From the human T2T-CHM13v2.0 reference genome, Homo sapiens, in assembly GCF_009914755.1 (NCBI RefSeq), contig NC_060935.1: a DNA stretch of 64,000 bases, one strand, 5' to 3'. A program made the translations under genes and the position numbers. Of this stretch, positions 14,544 through 39,232 are shown piece by piece; positions within the stretch are counted from its first letter, which is position 1; each line of letters begins with the position of its first letter. The notes under the pieces were generated by a model, which was not told the origin of the DNA, did no database searches, and was given only the letters and a program-made list of their open reading frames with translations.

Positions 14544-14815
14544 CTGGCTGGGGGCGGCGGTCGAGTCGGGTTCGGTCTGAGCCCGCGATCTGGCTCCGGG
14601 CTGCGGGCTGCGGGCTGCAGGCTGCAGGCTGCGGGTGCCGGGCTGCGCGCTGACCGCCCGCGCTGCGGCAGGGGCGGCGGGGGCTCCGGCTGCTTTTCCC
14701 GGCTCTGAGGCGGCAGCGGACAGGGTGCTGGGGCCAGGGGCCGGGCGTGGGGAGGCGTGAGGGAAAGGGAAGGTCAGCTAGAGAGGGAGCCGAGCGAGAG
14801 CGAAGAGGCGGGGGA
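14544..14815 (-). other. C1QTNF4: C1QTNF4 non-coding first exon (5' end approximate)
   Basis: Donor CCAG|gtgagg at 14544/14543 inside a CpG island 3.3 kb upstream of the coding exon acceptor. Confidence 0.7.
14592..14647. repeat. 7-bp tandem repeat (GGCTGCR)n in candidate C1QTNF4 5' UTR
   Basis: ggctccgggctgcgggctgcgggctgcaggctgcaggctgcggg. Confidence 0.8.
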
Positions 14816-16089
14816 GAGACGGGAGGGGGAGAGGAGGGGAGTAGGGGAGAGGGAGGGGCGAGCTGCGGGGCCTAGGGGCTCCGCACGGAGTCTGCGCCGA
14901 GCACTGGACCCTTCCTCATCTGTGACCTCCTTAGAGCTTCGTCCTCTGGGTCTAGAGAGCAGGCATCATTAATCTGAGCAGTTGGGGAAACTGAGGCCAG
15001 AGGCAGCAGCTAACGCGGGGTGGCCCAGAGCGCTCTACAGTCCAGCTTCCTTCCTAGTGTGGGGAGAGAGGGCTAGAGCTGGACTCAGAGGCTGGACTAG
15101 CCTTTGGGCTGCAAGGACAGTGGAAGGTGAGATTTTGGCTGGGACAGATGTCCAAGCTAAGTGGCCTTGGGGGAGAGGTCTGAAGGAAGAGAAGGATAAA
15201 TGGGTCAATGTTGCCAGTAAAGGAAGAGCTGAAAATAACCTAGTTTTTCCTCCTCACCTCCAAATTGGAAAATGCCCACGGTCGGTTAGGAAAGAGGGAG
15301 AAGGGAGTCTGCAGGCATCAGAGGGGCAGCCTGCGTTCCCCGGGGTGAGGGGCAGTAAGGAGGAGAGTCCTTGGGGCAGAATGGAATTTTCTGCTGGGAA
15401 GGTTGCTCCTGCAAGAAGGGACAGGATTGAGAGGGCAATAGGTGGGGAAGAAAGGCCTCTGGAGAGGGAAACTGATGCCCTGCCTCGCTGGGGCCAGGCT
15501 AGCAAGAGTCCAGCAGGGCACCCGGGCTGGGAACAGCGGTCTTCCCATGGTAATACTCACCAGAGGCACTAGTGCTGGCCTCTACTCTGGGCTTCGAGCC
15601 CGTGGGATGGGGGCTCAGACTCCCTTTCTCTAGGCTGCTGTTCTCTCCCCTGACGGCTGTAGAGGTGACGACACTGCCTGGCACTCAGTAGATGCTGACT
15701 GAGTGGATGACTTTTGAAGAGCTCTACTTTCAGCAGCCAAGAGCTGGTGCCCTCTGCCTGGCCCTGGTTGACTCCAGAGCCATGGGCTCTAATTCTGCCT
15801 CTGCTGCAGGTCTGCTCTGTGGTCCCTGAGAGGCCTGGACCCCTGCAGACCCCCCGTCCTCTGGAGCTTTCCTTTTGGAGCTCTCAAAGTTTACCCCACC
15901 CCAGTTAATCTATTTGTCTCTAGGAAGATGTTGGTAGAGGTGATTGGCTCTGCTTCAAGGGTGTTAGGTGAATGATGGAATGAATTAACGAATATGTGCC
16001 AGAATAGAAAGGAATGAATGGAGGTGTTTTGGGCTGGATAATGAGGGTATTTGGTGACAGAGGGTGAAGCACCTGTCTAGCCCTTGTCA

Positions 16090-16276
16090 GATCACAACTG
16101 TCTCTTTCACCAACTTGAAAAGCTTGGGCCACAGGACTGTGGGGAGGACAAGAAGCAGGGTAAGGGTGGGATGAGCCACACAGGGATGTCGAAGGAGAGC
16201 TGGGGGATGCCAAAAGCCAACCTATGGCAATCTATGGCCCTTCTTAGGGCCATGGGCCCCTTCTGGATGAGAAGAG
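16090..16276. repeat. Local direct repeat, copy 1
   Basis: Aligns with 18875-19080; shared exact block GGTAAGGGTGGGATGAGCCACACAGGGATG. Confidence 0.9.
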
Positions 16277-16552
16277 TGGAGCTGCTCTCCTGAGGGTGAT
16301 TCCAATGGTGGGAGGGGAGGGGAGGGGAGAAGGTATATTATAGGATAATATAATCTCAGTTGAGGTTTGGTTCAGGCTGGGATTTGACACTCCCTGGATC
16401 CACAAGAGTTCTCACCAGAGAAGTGAGGGTTGAGGTAGAGATGGGTGGCTGGGGCAGATGACATCAGGATTTGCATCAGGGGACTGGGATAGGGAGGAAG
16501 CCACTGGGAAAGGGATATAGAGAAAGATGATGCCATGAGCTGGTGGGTGTAA

Positions 16553-18136
<1,584 letters not shown>

Positions 18137-18504
18137 AACAACAATAATTTTAATAGCAGGTTCCTTTCACTGAGTGTAGTAGATGCTGTCAGTGGCCCAC
18201 CCACACCTCCAGGCCTACCAGGAGGGCACCCACAGACAGTTCCTGACCAGGCGCCTACTTCCTGTGTCCCTCCTGAGGGCATTTTCAGCTATGGGAGTTA
18301 GTGTGGGGCAGGCCCAAAGGGCTGTAGAGTTAATACCCCCAGAGCAACCATCAGCCAATGGTCCAGAGTTAGGGGTAAATACCCCAGCTTTCTGGTCCCT
18401 CGATGGGAGCATTCCAATTCCCAATTCCAGGTCATGTTTCAGACTCAGAGAGACTCCAGCAGAGTTAAGTTCTCCATGGTGAAAACCCACTGGTATCTGT
18501 GCGC

Positions 18505-18807
18505 TTTTTTTTTTTTTTTTTGAGACGGAGTCTCGCTCAGTTGCCCAGGCTGGAGTGCGGTGGCGCGATCTTGGCTCACCGCAAGCTCCGCCTCCCGGGT
18601 TCACGCCATTCTGCTGCCTCAGCCTCCTGAGTAGCTGGGACTACAGGCGCCCGCCACCACGCCCGGCTATTTTTTTTTTTTGTATTTTTAGTAGAGATGG
18701 GGTTTCACTGTGTTAGCCAGGATGGTCTCGATCTCCTGACCTCGTGATCCACCCATCTTGGCCCCCCAAAGTGCTGGGATTACAGGTGTGAGCCACTGCG
18801 CCCGGCC
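18505..18807 (-). mobile_element. AluY with target-site duplication
   Basis: Y diagnostics (gcaagctcc, ttcacgccatt); TSD TATCTGTGCRCTTT on both sides. Confidence 0.9.
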
Positions 18808-18874
18808 TATCTGTGCACTTTATTCTGTTTCCTCTCTTTGTCTCATTTCCCCGCTCGCTCACTCCGCTTCTTGG

Positions 18875-19080
18875 GATCACAACTCTCTCCTTCACCAGCT
18901 TGAAAAGCTTGGGCCCCAAGACTATGGGGAAGACAAGAGGCATGGTAAGGGTGGGATGAGCCACACAGGGATGCCGCAGGAGAGCTGGGGAAGGCTGGAA
19001 GCCAACCTAGGGCAGCCACAACCCTTCTTAGGGCCATGCAGCCCTTCTTAGGGCCATGTGTCCCTTCTGGATCAGAAAAG
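18875..19080. repeat. Local direct repeat, copy 2 (with internal 20-bp tandem duplication)
   Basis: Aligns with 16090-16276; CCCTTCTTAGGGCCATG at 19022 and 19042. Confidence 0.9.
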
Positions 19081-19182
19081 TTAATGCAGGAGTAGGATTT
19101 AAACTCAGAGCTATCTGGCTCCCAAACCCAGTCCTTAACCAGTATACTCTGCAGCCTCCCTTTCTCTGATTCTCTCTCAGCC

Positions 19183-19461
19183 TTTTTATTTTTATTTTTT
19201 AAGACAGAGGCTGTAGTGCGTGGTATGATCTCAGCTCCCTGCAACCTCTGCCTCCTGGGTTCAAGCGATTCTCCTGCCTCAGCCTCCTGAGTAGCTGGGA
19301 CTACAGGTGTGCACTACCACACCCAGCTAGTTTTTTTGTATTTTTAGTAGAGACAGTTTCACCGTGTTGGCCAGGATGGTCTCGATCTCCTGACCTCGTG
19401 ATCCACCCACCTCGGCCTCCCAAAGTGTTGGGATTACAGGCGTGAGCCACCGTGCCCGGCC
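19183..19461 (-). mobile_element. Alu
   Basis: Reverse Alu consensus. Confidence 0.85.
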
Positions 19462-20641
19462 TGAAGAGGCTCTTTCTAAATAATGGTGAGGATTTTGACA
19501 GGGTGAGATGGAAGTGGAGATGGAGGAGTGAGGGGGTGGGATCCAGTCAAAGATAAGAATGTGAACCAAGGTGAGGAGGTGGCGTAGGTGGAGCTTAGGG
19601 AAGGAAATGTACCAGGCTTGGTTGTGGATAAGGGTTTGTGATGGGAAGTTATGGTAAGGAGTGTGGGGCTTAACTGCTGAGCTAAGGAGCTTTTACCTTA
19701 CAGTAGAGGAGAAGAAGGTGTGCTCAAAGCTGTATTTTAAGAAGATTACTCTGCAGATTGAAAAGCAGGAGAAAGAAGAGGGGAGAGGAAGGCAGATGGG
19801 TGAGAAGATACTGAAAGTGTCCAGATGAAAGTAAACTATCCAGGGGCAGTGAGAAAGGAAGAGACAGATGGGAGAGGGACTGAGAAGAGAGATTCAGAGA
19901 CTGACAGAGTGAGCACACAGCTCACAATTTAATTAGCTTCCTGCTTTGCCAGTGGATTACAGGGAATTAGCAAAGCTCACAGTCTAGGGACCTTGCTGGG
20001 AGTTGAGGGGAAATTAATGAGAAAGACAACAACATGCCCCAGGGAGAAATGAAAGAGGAGGAATGTTAGCCAAGCAGAGATGCCAGCAGGAGAAACATAC
20101 GTCTGGGCGCTGAGTCCCTGCCTTTCTCGGAGATTTCAGCCCTCCAGGGGAGCAGACTTTAGGGTTCCTGGTCACGCTCCTGGCCCCATTGCCCTTGGTT
20201 CCAATTCCTCTGAGCACTTGGTAAATGACCCCGGAGAGGGGAAGCTGGGAGTGCTTGTGAAGACCAAGTTCCCAACTCTCCCCTGGCCTTTTTCCCAGCA
20301 GGGCTCTAAGATCCCAACACTGGCCTTCCTAGAAGGCAGAACTGAATCCCCTGGGCCCCTTCTGCAGATGGACCAGGAGGTGACCTGCTCATGACCTGAT
20401 GTGACAAATTGCATTTTCAAATGCGACAGTGTCATCTCCCATCCCACTTGCTCTTCTTACAATGTGACCTTGCCAGTCCTCATGAAAAGGAGGAGTTACG
20501 TTAGGTCATTGAAAGGTGATGCCGCTGCTGCCTGGATCTCTCTCTTGAAACCCTCATCCCTGGAGCCCAGCCATCAGACTGTGAGGAAGCCTAGGTCACA
20601 TGGAAAGGCCACGTGTAAATATTGTGGCCAACAGTCCTAGT

Positions 20642-21407
<766 letters not shown>

Positions 21408-21502
21408 GCCCCAGCTGCGGTACCAGCATCACTGCAAGTGATGTGGATGTGAGGAAGCCTTCAAGAGGACACCAGGCCTGGCCTCTGACTGCAACTGTGT
21501 GA

Positions 21503-23470
<1,968 letters not shown>

Positions 23471-23873
23471 TCCTTGTGGGCTGGGTGGAAATTAGGAAGA
23501 GAAATTAATTCTAAGTGGAGCAATGCAGCTAGGCTTAATCAGAGAGGTAACACCTAAACGAAGCAGTGAAGGCTGCACTGGACTTTGACAGGTAACAATA
23601 GACTGAAGAGCATTCTGGGAGAAAGGAGCAGGGAGCAGGAGGTAACGCTCTTAGGCAATTCAGAATCATGGTGAAGAGTAGTGTCTGGCATCAGACTGCT
23701 TCAGTTTGAATCCCAGCTTCTTCATTATTTGTATGACCTGTTTCCCCACCTGTGAAATGGGGATAATAAAAGTATGCCCCATTGCTGCAAGGATTAAAGA
23801 CATTTAGCACAGAGACTGGTATACTGTGAGCACTCAGTATGTGTTGGCTGTTACTACTGTTTGGTGTGTTTGA

Positions 23874-24694
<821 letters not shown>

Positions 24695-24714
24695 TTATAA
24701 GATGCTATTGTTAT

Positions 24715-25624
<910 letters not shown>

Positions 25625-25689
25625 GTCTCCCATATTTTTCACTGTTTCACCCCTTTGTACCTAAAATAACAAGAGGTGGGGAGAGCCAC

Positions 25690-26400
25690 TATCTTTTTAA
25701 GCAGCTGCTCCATTCCTACTGGTTTCTATTCAACCTGAGATCAGCTGCAAGCCCTTAGCCTTTTTCTCAGGCACCTCTGGCAAACCAAACTTCCTATATC
25801 CTATGCTTATGCAGCTGATTTTTTTTTTTTAATCTAAATGCAGGTCTCTCCACTTACTCTTTTAAATTTCATCCTGCTGGTTTCAGCCCACTGTTTCAAG
25901 TTATTTTAGAATCTTGACTTTGAAATATTAGCTTTTCATCCCAACAGTGGTGCCTTCTGCAAATTTGGCAAGTGTAGTGGGCACTGACCACTACTAGGCT
26001 GACCAGGGTCTAGGAGCACAGAACTAGAGATACTTCCTCAGCAAGCTCTGCAGCAATCGGATAACCAACTGGGGTGAAGGAGCACAGCAGTTACATGAAT
26101 CCACCTGACTGGGCAGTCTCTGAGATCGATATTTTCCTACTAGCCTCTTCAATCGTGAGACAATCAATGTCTAACTGGAAACAAGGAACACTATGTATGG
26201 CCCAAGGAATTTTCCTAGTGGCCTTCTGAGTAAATAAGTAACAAATTATTGTTGATATTTTTATCATTTTCGCCGCATCTTGTTCTTTGTGAAGATACCA
26301 CTTATTTTTCTAGGTGTTCTCAAGCAAGGTGTTCTCAAATCCATGGTTTAATGTTATATTCTAGAATAGATTTTGAGGGAAATGTGCCCAGGATCTCCCT
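25690..26400 (-). mobile_element. Ancient L3/CR1 LINE remnant (RT region; extent uncertain)
   Basis: aatttcatcctgctggtttcagccca block; minus-strand AAATTTGCAGAAGGCACC (KFAEGT) at 25966-25949 resembles a decayed KFADDT motif. Confidence 0.5.
26091..26174 (-). CDS. Candidate alternative terminal coding exon of MTCH2
   Basis: Acceptor gttccttgtttccag| then, in phase 0, LDIDCLTIEEASRKISISETAQSGGFM-stop; downstream AATAAA at 24999-24994 and 24756-24751; no transcript evidence available here. Confidence 0.4.
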   Translation of the reverse strand, partial: LDIDCLTIEEASRKISISETAQSGGFM

Positions 26401-27924
26401 TTTCTTCTTTTTTGTCAGGGTATTTGCAGCTGTCCAGGACTGTGGCCCCTGTCCTTTTCGCCGCAGCTTTCATAGCCACATTGGCAAAGGTCCCTGGATC
26501 TTATCTGCAAAGGTCTGTCATCACCTTGGGATTTGCAGCTCATTTTGAATGGCTAGGTGGTTAGGTTTTCTCTTATCTTTTCTTCTATTTGGGGTTTAAT
26601 GTCCTCTAACCCCTGTTTTGCTGAACTCTTCCCAGTCTGGAAGTGCTTTTCCTCGGGGGAGAAAGAGGAAAATCAGAGTTGAGTATTCTGCTTTCTCTGA
26701 AAACTGCCAACCTGACATCTTCATCCCCAGATGGAACCCTGTCTTCTCCTTTTTCCTCTTGCTTGAACATAACCAGCAATATCTTTTATTGTCTGCACCT
26801 TTTCCAAGTCTCAGTTTATCACGGACTTCACCTTTCCTTCCGTCTCTTGTACCCCACCTTTTAAATTTTGAACTTATCAGAGAGCTCTCTACAGAGCCAC
26901 ACTGGTTTCTTTGGCTCTCCTTTTCTCTGCACAGGGATTTTCAGCAAATGCGATAGCCTAATTTATCCCAGAGCTTCCTATCCCTCTTGTGCCATATTGC
27001 CATCTTGTCTCTAAACTTAGAATCATAACTTTTTTCTAACTTTTCAAATCATTTTTCTGGGATTATTTATTTATCCAATCATCCATTCATCCCATGCCCA
27101 CATGCCCTTCCTTCCAAATCCAACTTTCTCCTTTGGTTCCTGTCTCATCAACAGCACCAGGGGAGTCTTTCCCCATCAGAAGGAAGGTTGGGGGAGCAGC
27201 TCCCTGGCAGCTTTTTCTTCCAGCTGAGAGGAAACTGTCATTGATGAATGTGAAGAGTTTATCAGCCACTCAGCGACTAGCTGGGCGAGACTGTAGTTAC
27301 CAGGACAGGGCAGTCTCCAGCTCAGTGCCTGCTGCTCTCAGAGCACGTCAGGCAGTCAGATGTGTGCTTCCCTGGGGACATGACTTCCACGAGCTCATCT
27401 AGCAGTCTCACCCTCAACACCTGGTTTCCTCCAATTTGGCAGTGTGCTGTGGTGTAAAGCTTGCAGGATGTGGACTCCAATATACCCAGGTTTGCATTCT
27501 AGTTTTGCTATTTACTAGCAAGTCACTTAAATCTTTATCTCTGAGCTTCCATTTCTCTCACTTAAAAAGTGAGAAAAAGTGGCTATTATCAGGCTCATGG
27601 GGTGATTGAGCTGACATATGTATGTACCTGTGCATGGAAGGTTTCAAACACACCAGCTTCTGTGCTCAGCTTAGCTTCATGGAGTCTCACGTGTCACATG
27701 TTCTGGGTGAACTGTTGTTTTTTTCCCTTTCTATTAAAACTGTTTCTTTTGGACAGGGTGTAATGTATGTCTTTGCCCAGTGAACCTTCCTTGGATGAGC
27801 CATGCATCCCACTAGAAAACAGTCCAGCTCTGAGAAGAGTGTGGGGGCGGAGGACAGGAAACAGAACAGAACAGCAGAATGTATGTGGTTCTGGGGCTGA
27901 CCCTGGACCTCTACCCCTTCAGAT

Positions 27925-28270
27925 GGGCCTGTGACTCAGGCCTGGCTAGCGTCTCCCAGACACACCAAATGCTTTACAGATGGGTGTGTGTTTCAAGCCA
28001 GAGTCCTCCTGGGGATTTTTGCTGGAGCTCTCCAAAGTGATTTTGCTCTTTCTCTGGAATCACAAGCTCTAAGAAGCCATGTGAGTGGAGCTGCCAGCTG
28101 GCATCTTGTTGCCATGTGGAGAGCCCGTCGGAGAGGGAAACCAGCCGAGGGGTGGGAAGACCGAATCCCGATGCCCTTGTTTGAACCCCCAGATTCACCA
28201 CTGGCCATTTTTATTACTTGAGCCAATGTAGCCAGTTTGAGTTGGGCTTCTGGGCATCTAACTAACTGTT
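27925..28270 (+). mobile_element. Old ERVL/MaLR-type LTR remnant
   Basis: gccatgtggagagcc...acttgagccaat...ccagtttgagttgggcttctg motifs. Confidence 0.4.
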
Positions 28271-29074
28271 GAGCATACAATGTTGATCCTTTCATTATTA
28301 TAATAAAACCACGAGTTCCCTCCTCTCATTAAGATTCATACTTCACTCTTCGTTAAAATCTGTGCTCCGATCATCATGCAGAAAAATACTGGGACGCAAT
28401 GCATGTGCGTGCCATATTAGAAATTCCAGATTTGCAGACCCATATCAGAATCTGGGCTTTGCTATTTACCACCAGTCTTGGGCAAATCAATGAACCCTTC
28501 TGAGTCTCACTTTTCCACTACTAAAATGGGAGCAGTATTTAGCTTATATGGCTGTTTTATGGGTTGGAGCTAATGGCGACATGGGCAGGGCACATGGTGA
28601 GCCATCACTAAATATTACTAGGTGGTAGGAACATTTACGTTATGTCAGTAGCTTTGACTCTGACTATGCTGAATCTATATAATTCCTACACTTTGTTCCA
28701 TGTCACATCTCTTAGCTACCATGGTATCCAGGCTTATGGTGGCTTTGACCAAGGAGAGGAGAAGAACTTGCAGGCTTTTGAGAAAAGATGGGAGATGAGG
28801 AGGTGGACAGAAATTTCAAAGTTCGATTGGGGGAGATGATGGAATTAGTCTTGTTTAAAACACTTGTGACTGCAGAACTTTACACCCACTTTCTATTTAT
28901 AAATAGCCCTGTCTCTCAGCTCAGCTCCTCCTGCACAAGGCTTCCGTGGAAGACAACAGACACAGAGAGCAGCTGCCAGTGCGGCACAAATGTACAGAGC
29001 AGAGGCTGTTGGGGAACTGGGGCTGCATGTGGGCTTGGGGCGGAAGGATTAAAGACGCTAGGTCAAGAAATCTT

Positions 29075-30194
<1,120 letters not shown>

Positions 30195-30819
30195 CTACTG
30201 CCTTGAGCTGGCAGCAGGAAGACAAGATAGAGGCTGCAGCAACAGCTGAGCAGAGATGATGCCTAAAGGCGACGGGAAAGAAAGGGAGGTGACAAATTCA
30301 GAGGCGTTTCTGAGAATCCAGCAGTGATTTTCTAGAAGCAGAGGGAGGGGTAGGGAGGACACAAACTCATCTCCAGGGTTTCTAGCTTGGGGAATAGGGG
30401 CATAATGCTGTGTTTATAATAGAATTTAGAGTGCAAGTACCACCACAGGCTTGGGAAGAGGGCTTGAGATGTAACTCAGTTTGGGGATCCTCAAGGACAT
30501 TCAGTGGATATTCAGTGGATACAGCTAGGAGGCAGCTGACTTTGTTCAACACACATCTGTGGAGTCTCTACCATGTGCCAGTCCCTGTTCTAGGTGCTCA
30601 TTATATGGCAGAAATCCAGCTTTGAAGAAAGGTTAGGACAGTAAGAGATGCAATTCCACTTGCCTCCAAATGCTTTAGCCTTTACTAACGCCGTAACTTT
30701 GCCCATATTATTGTCTATACTTGGAAAGTAGCCCCTCCCTTCTAATTCTTAAAATTCTAATAACTATCACATACCAAATATTTACTCTATGCCAGACATG
30801 GTACTAAATCTAATACTCT

Positions 30820-31117
<298 letters not shown>

Positions 31118-32528
31118 CTGTAATGAGTATTACTTTGCATTCTAGACATGAGGAGCCTGAGGCTTAAAATGACCAACTTTCCCAAGGTCTCACAGCTAGT
31201 GACAGCTAGAAATTGCTGCCATCCCATCATCCTGCCACCCAAGATCCCCACTATCCTGACAAAGCCACAATCGGAGCCGCTTCTTCATGAAGTCTCTGAT
31301 CTCCCCAAATGGATGTAAGCTTTCTCTCTGTGCATCCCATGGTGCTTGGTTCCGGCTTCTCATGCCGTATCCTGCTTTGTAGAACCATCATCAGAGAGTG
31401 TTAAAAGAGCTTCAACGAATACCTTCTTTCAGGGCACCAGGCCTCACTGTTGTACATATGGTTTCACTTAATCCTCCAATACTCCTAGAGTTTTATGTTC
31501 TTGTCATTCTGCCTCCCTGTCAGTGGACAGTAAGCGCCAAAGAGGACAGGGAAATTATAGGCCTTTGCATCCTCTGCTGCCCCTCGCACAGAACTCTGCC
31601 CAAGCTACTCACTTAATGACTGACAGTTGCATTTATAAACTCTAAATGTGAGCCCCTCAGGGGGAGGAAAGGCATGAGATTCCAGCAAAAAGTGAGCAGT
31701 CTGAGGTGAGGCATGGTTCTGTTGTTTCCATCTTCACCCTCTGTCTTTTTTCCAGCCAAAGGACACTCTCACCAGTCTGATGCCAGAAGGGCAGGGCCCC
31801 GGCTAGATGGCCAGCCAGAGTAGGTGCAGTGCTGGCTTGTCCTTATCCAACCTCTGGCTCTTCATGCTACTCTGTGTGGAAATAAAAGCAATACCTAATA
31901 GATTTTCCATGGAAATGTGGCACTGCCAGGGAATAGTCCATTCTCTTGGCTGCCTTGGCGAGGCAGAGGCTGGTGTTACAAACTTTTCTTTCGTCCACGT
32001 GTCATCTTGGAGACTTGGAGAGAGGACAAGATTTGTTTCCTTATTTGCTGCCTCTCAGGAAGCTGCTGAGTCCTGAATAACATCTGCAGGTCACACTGGT
32101 TTCTCTTCCTCTTCTTCCACTCTCTCAAGTACCAACCTCTAACCGTATTGTGGTATGGTACTGATCGGAATCTACTTAAAAACATTCTTTTTCAGAGTTG
32201 CAATAAGATGATTCCAGAGCAATTACAGTTTTCATGCAAAATCTGCTTAGTTCCAGACAAGAGATTTGGTGCCCAGAGTACAGAGGACTCTACTTAGACC
32301 AAGGCAAGATGGGCTCTTTGCAATTCCATCTTATAATCATGGGACACTGGCAACCAGAACACTTAACTCATGCACTGGAAGGGGTCTCCCTAGGACCTCT
32401 CTCTAGACAGCAAATGTATGAGGAAGCTGTCATATGGGGAAGATTGGATAGAAGGAAAACTTTCACTCACTTTAGAAAATTAATCCTCATTCTTAGCCAA
32501 GATAGTCTCCTGAAAAGAAGCTATTTTT

Positions 32529-33683
<1,155 letters not shown>

Positions 33684-34204
33684 ACTTGTGACTTCTTTAG
33701 GAAAGCCTAAACAGAGCTCTGAAAAGGAGGTAAGACAAATATCTTTGTATTTAAAAAAACAAAAACAAAAATGCCAAAATAGAAACTACCATGCCACCTT
33801 GGGAGGCAGCCTGAATGAACCCATCCATTCTGCAAGGATGTTTTAGAAGCACCCAGTAGAGGTGCTGACACATAGATCAGTTTCAAGAAATGTTACCAGC
33901 CAAATGTCTTAGGAGTTCTACTACACTGAACTAATGGTACCTCTAGGAAGATTTCTTCTCTAGGAAGAAATCCTTGCCATACAGTAACTTAGCTTTTCAT
34001 CTATATAAACCATCATAATAGTCTAGAAAAGTAATGGTGATCATTTCTATTTTCAGTTGTTTCCGCTATTTATAATTCTGCAGAGGCAAGATCTGTCTTT
34101 CCTTATTTAAGACCATTCTACTCTGTTGGGAGGCTTGTTCACTGCTTTGACTACAAATGCAGGCCCACTTTCCTCAGATGGATGGCTTACATAACATTTG
34201 GTTT

Positions 34205-37382
<3,178 letters not shown>

Positions 37383-37714
37383 CGCATGTGTTTCTTAATG
37401 GCACCTACCTGCATTTCCTAGCCCCTGAATATCTTTAGACTTTTATGTTAGTAGCTTATAGTAAGATATTATGGAGGATCATAGGTATAGGACTCTGACT
37501 AGACCTCTAGCTTGGATGCAGCAAGACTGAAACAGCTGGACTAGTATTTTGAGCAATCCTAGGCCTTGGAGAAATTTCTCAGCCACCCAACTTGCACAGG
37601 AAAAACTGAAGCCTTGGCGTCCTCTGGTGGTAGACTGGTTATCAGAGTCAGACATGCTTCTCAACTAGGAATAGGCAAGCATGAAAGTTCACAGAAGCCA
37701 CAGGATAAACATGG

Positions 37715-39232
37715 CACATTTTCCCAGATCATCTTTACTTAAAGATTTTTTGGGAGAAAAAGGTAGGCAGCAAACATTTTTATATTAAAACAAATGCAGA
37801 TAGTAATATTGAAATAGTATATAAAATTGACATTACTTTTTGAGACAAAGGAAGAGACATCAAAGACATTTTAAGCCGAGCTCCTCATGAGCTTCCTAAA
37901 CCCCAGGGGAGGGAAGAGACCCCTGCATTCTCGTTCTGTCTAATATTATCAGTGGGGCTGTTTTGACAGAGAAGTCTCAGAAGCAGCGAATTAAGTGCTT
38001 ACTCATTTGGCAATGTCCCAGTGAGTTATATAAATAAGTGAAACCACAGGCTTTCTCATTTTAGAGCATTTTAACCTGCTTTTTAGAAGGCCTGAGTAAA
38101 CAGAAGCTTTATGCTTGAGTTGAATTTTATTTTCTCCCAAAGTGATTTTTTTCCTCCTATAAATGTTAACATGCTTAACTGAGGGTATGGCATGTGAGGT
38201 GGTCAGTGTCCTAAGACCCATGTCGACTTGGGTTGGCATTACCAGACATGGAGTTACAAATATACTTTCCAAGGCTGTCATCAGAAATGCAAAACTACTC
38301 ACCTTCGGCAACAATAACAAAAAGGAAACAAAACAAAAAACTGAAGAACAAAAGATTATATATAATTAGAACGGTATGGTGTAATTTAAGCACTGGCAAA
38401 TACTTGGCTCTTAAAGAAGGGGGTTACTCCTGCAGGATCTGCTTTTCATATTTTATGTGAAAACAAGAACTTCCTTTGAGGAAAAAAGTGCCATTATACT
38501 TCCTTTCCAAATCTTGCTTATTTTCTGTAATTGTCTTTTTCTTTGTTGTTGCTGACCCTTTATCTTATTTATTTTTTTTCAGGTAGCCTCTTGAACTAGA
38601 GTAGGCTCAGAGGCTCCCTGTAGGTGACATTTTATTACTTTGCAATAACAGACTGAAGGGGCAGATCCTCACACAGACTTTCTAGGGTAATGTAGCAATG
38701 TACTGTCCTTTTCTTGAAGTATGAGAGACAAGGTCAATGAAATGTGCTTAGAAGCATAATGGGAGTCAGATTCTGGTGCATGCTACTGACATTTTAGGGT
38801 CTACCCAAGAAAAAGTAATTCATAACCTCCCATATAGTTTAATTTAGTGATTTTGTTAAGTTTTACAAAATTATTTCTCATTTTTCTTGGAATTCTACTC
38901 TTCATTTTACAAAGCCTTAAATTGAGACTCAAAAATCACATGACAAAGTGCCTGTAGCTTCAGGAAAATACAACTTTTTTTCCCTTCTGGTTAAGTAAAA
39001 TAAGAATTTGGAGCAAAAATATCCTAATTCAGAATAACTAAAGGGGGAGTATCAGTGGTAAGTTATGTTGTGCTGGAAAAAAGAACAAAAAAGGCAGACA
39101 CCAAACACCTGAATTTTCCCAAGATTAAATGATTATTAAAAAAGCGCGCCACACTGTATAGAAATCAACATTCTCTCCCATAATTCTGTGCATCTGGGAC
39201 TACAGAAATGTCACTGTCCCTGCCCCACATCT
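37715..39232 (-). other. MTCH2: MTCH2 3' UTR with several poly(A) signals (distal end approximate)
   Basis: Alu-free AT-rich stretch; minus-strand AATAAA at 38636-38631, 38573-38568 and 38131-38126, and AGTAAA at 37739-37734. Confidence 0.7.

Larger units (their letters stand above)
14470..14905. promoter_or_regulatory. CpG island promoter of C1QTNF4
   Basis: CpG-dense; GC boxes (GGGCGG at ~14552 and ~14672); purine-rich G-run tract 14757-14870. Confidence 0.8.

Noticed and set aside
14221-15565. Isolated consensus donors (CTG|GTGAGT at 14227 and 15561, minus strand) as extra C1QTNF4 5' exons
   Set aside because: No matching acceptor or promoter identified; such motifs are common by chance.
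13685-15572. 212-aa minus and 196-aa plus ORFs around the C1QTNF4 promoter
   Set aside because: No domain-like content; expected by chance in GC-rich DNA.
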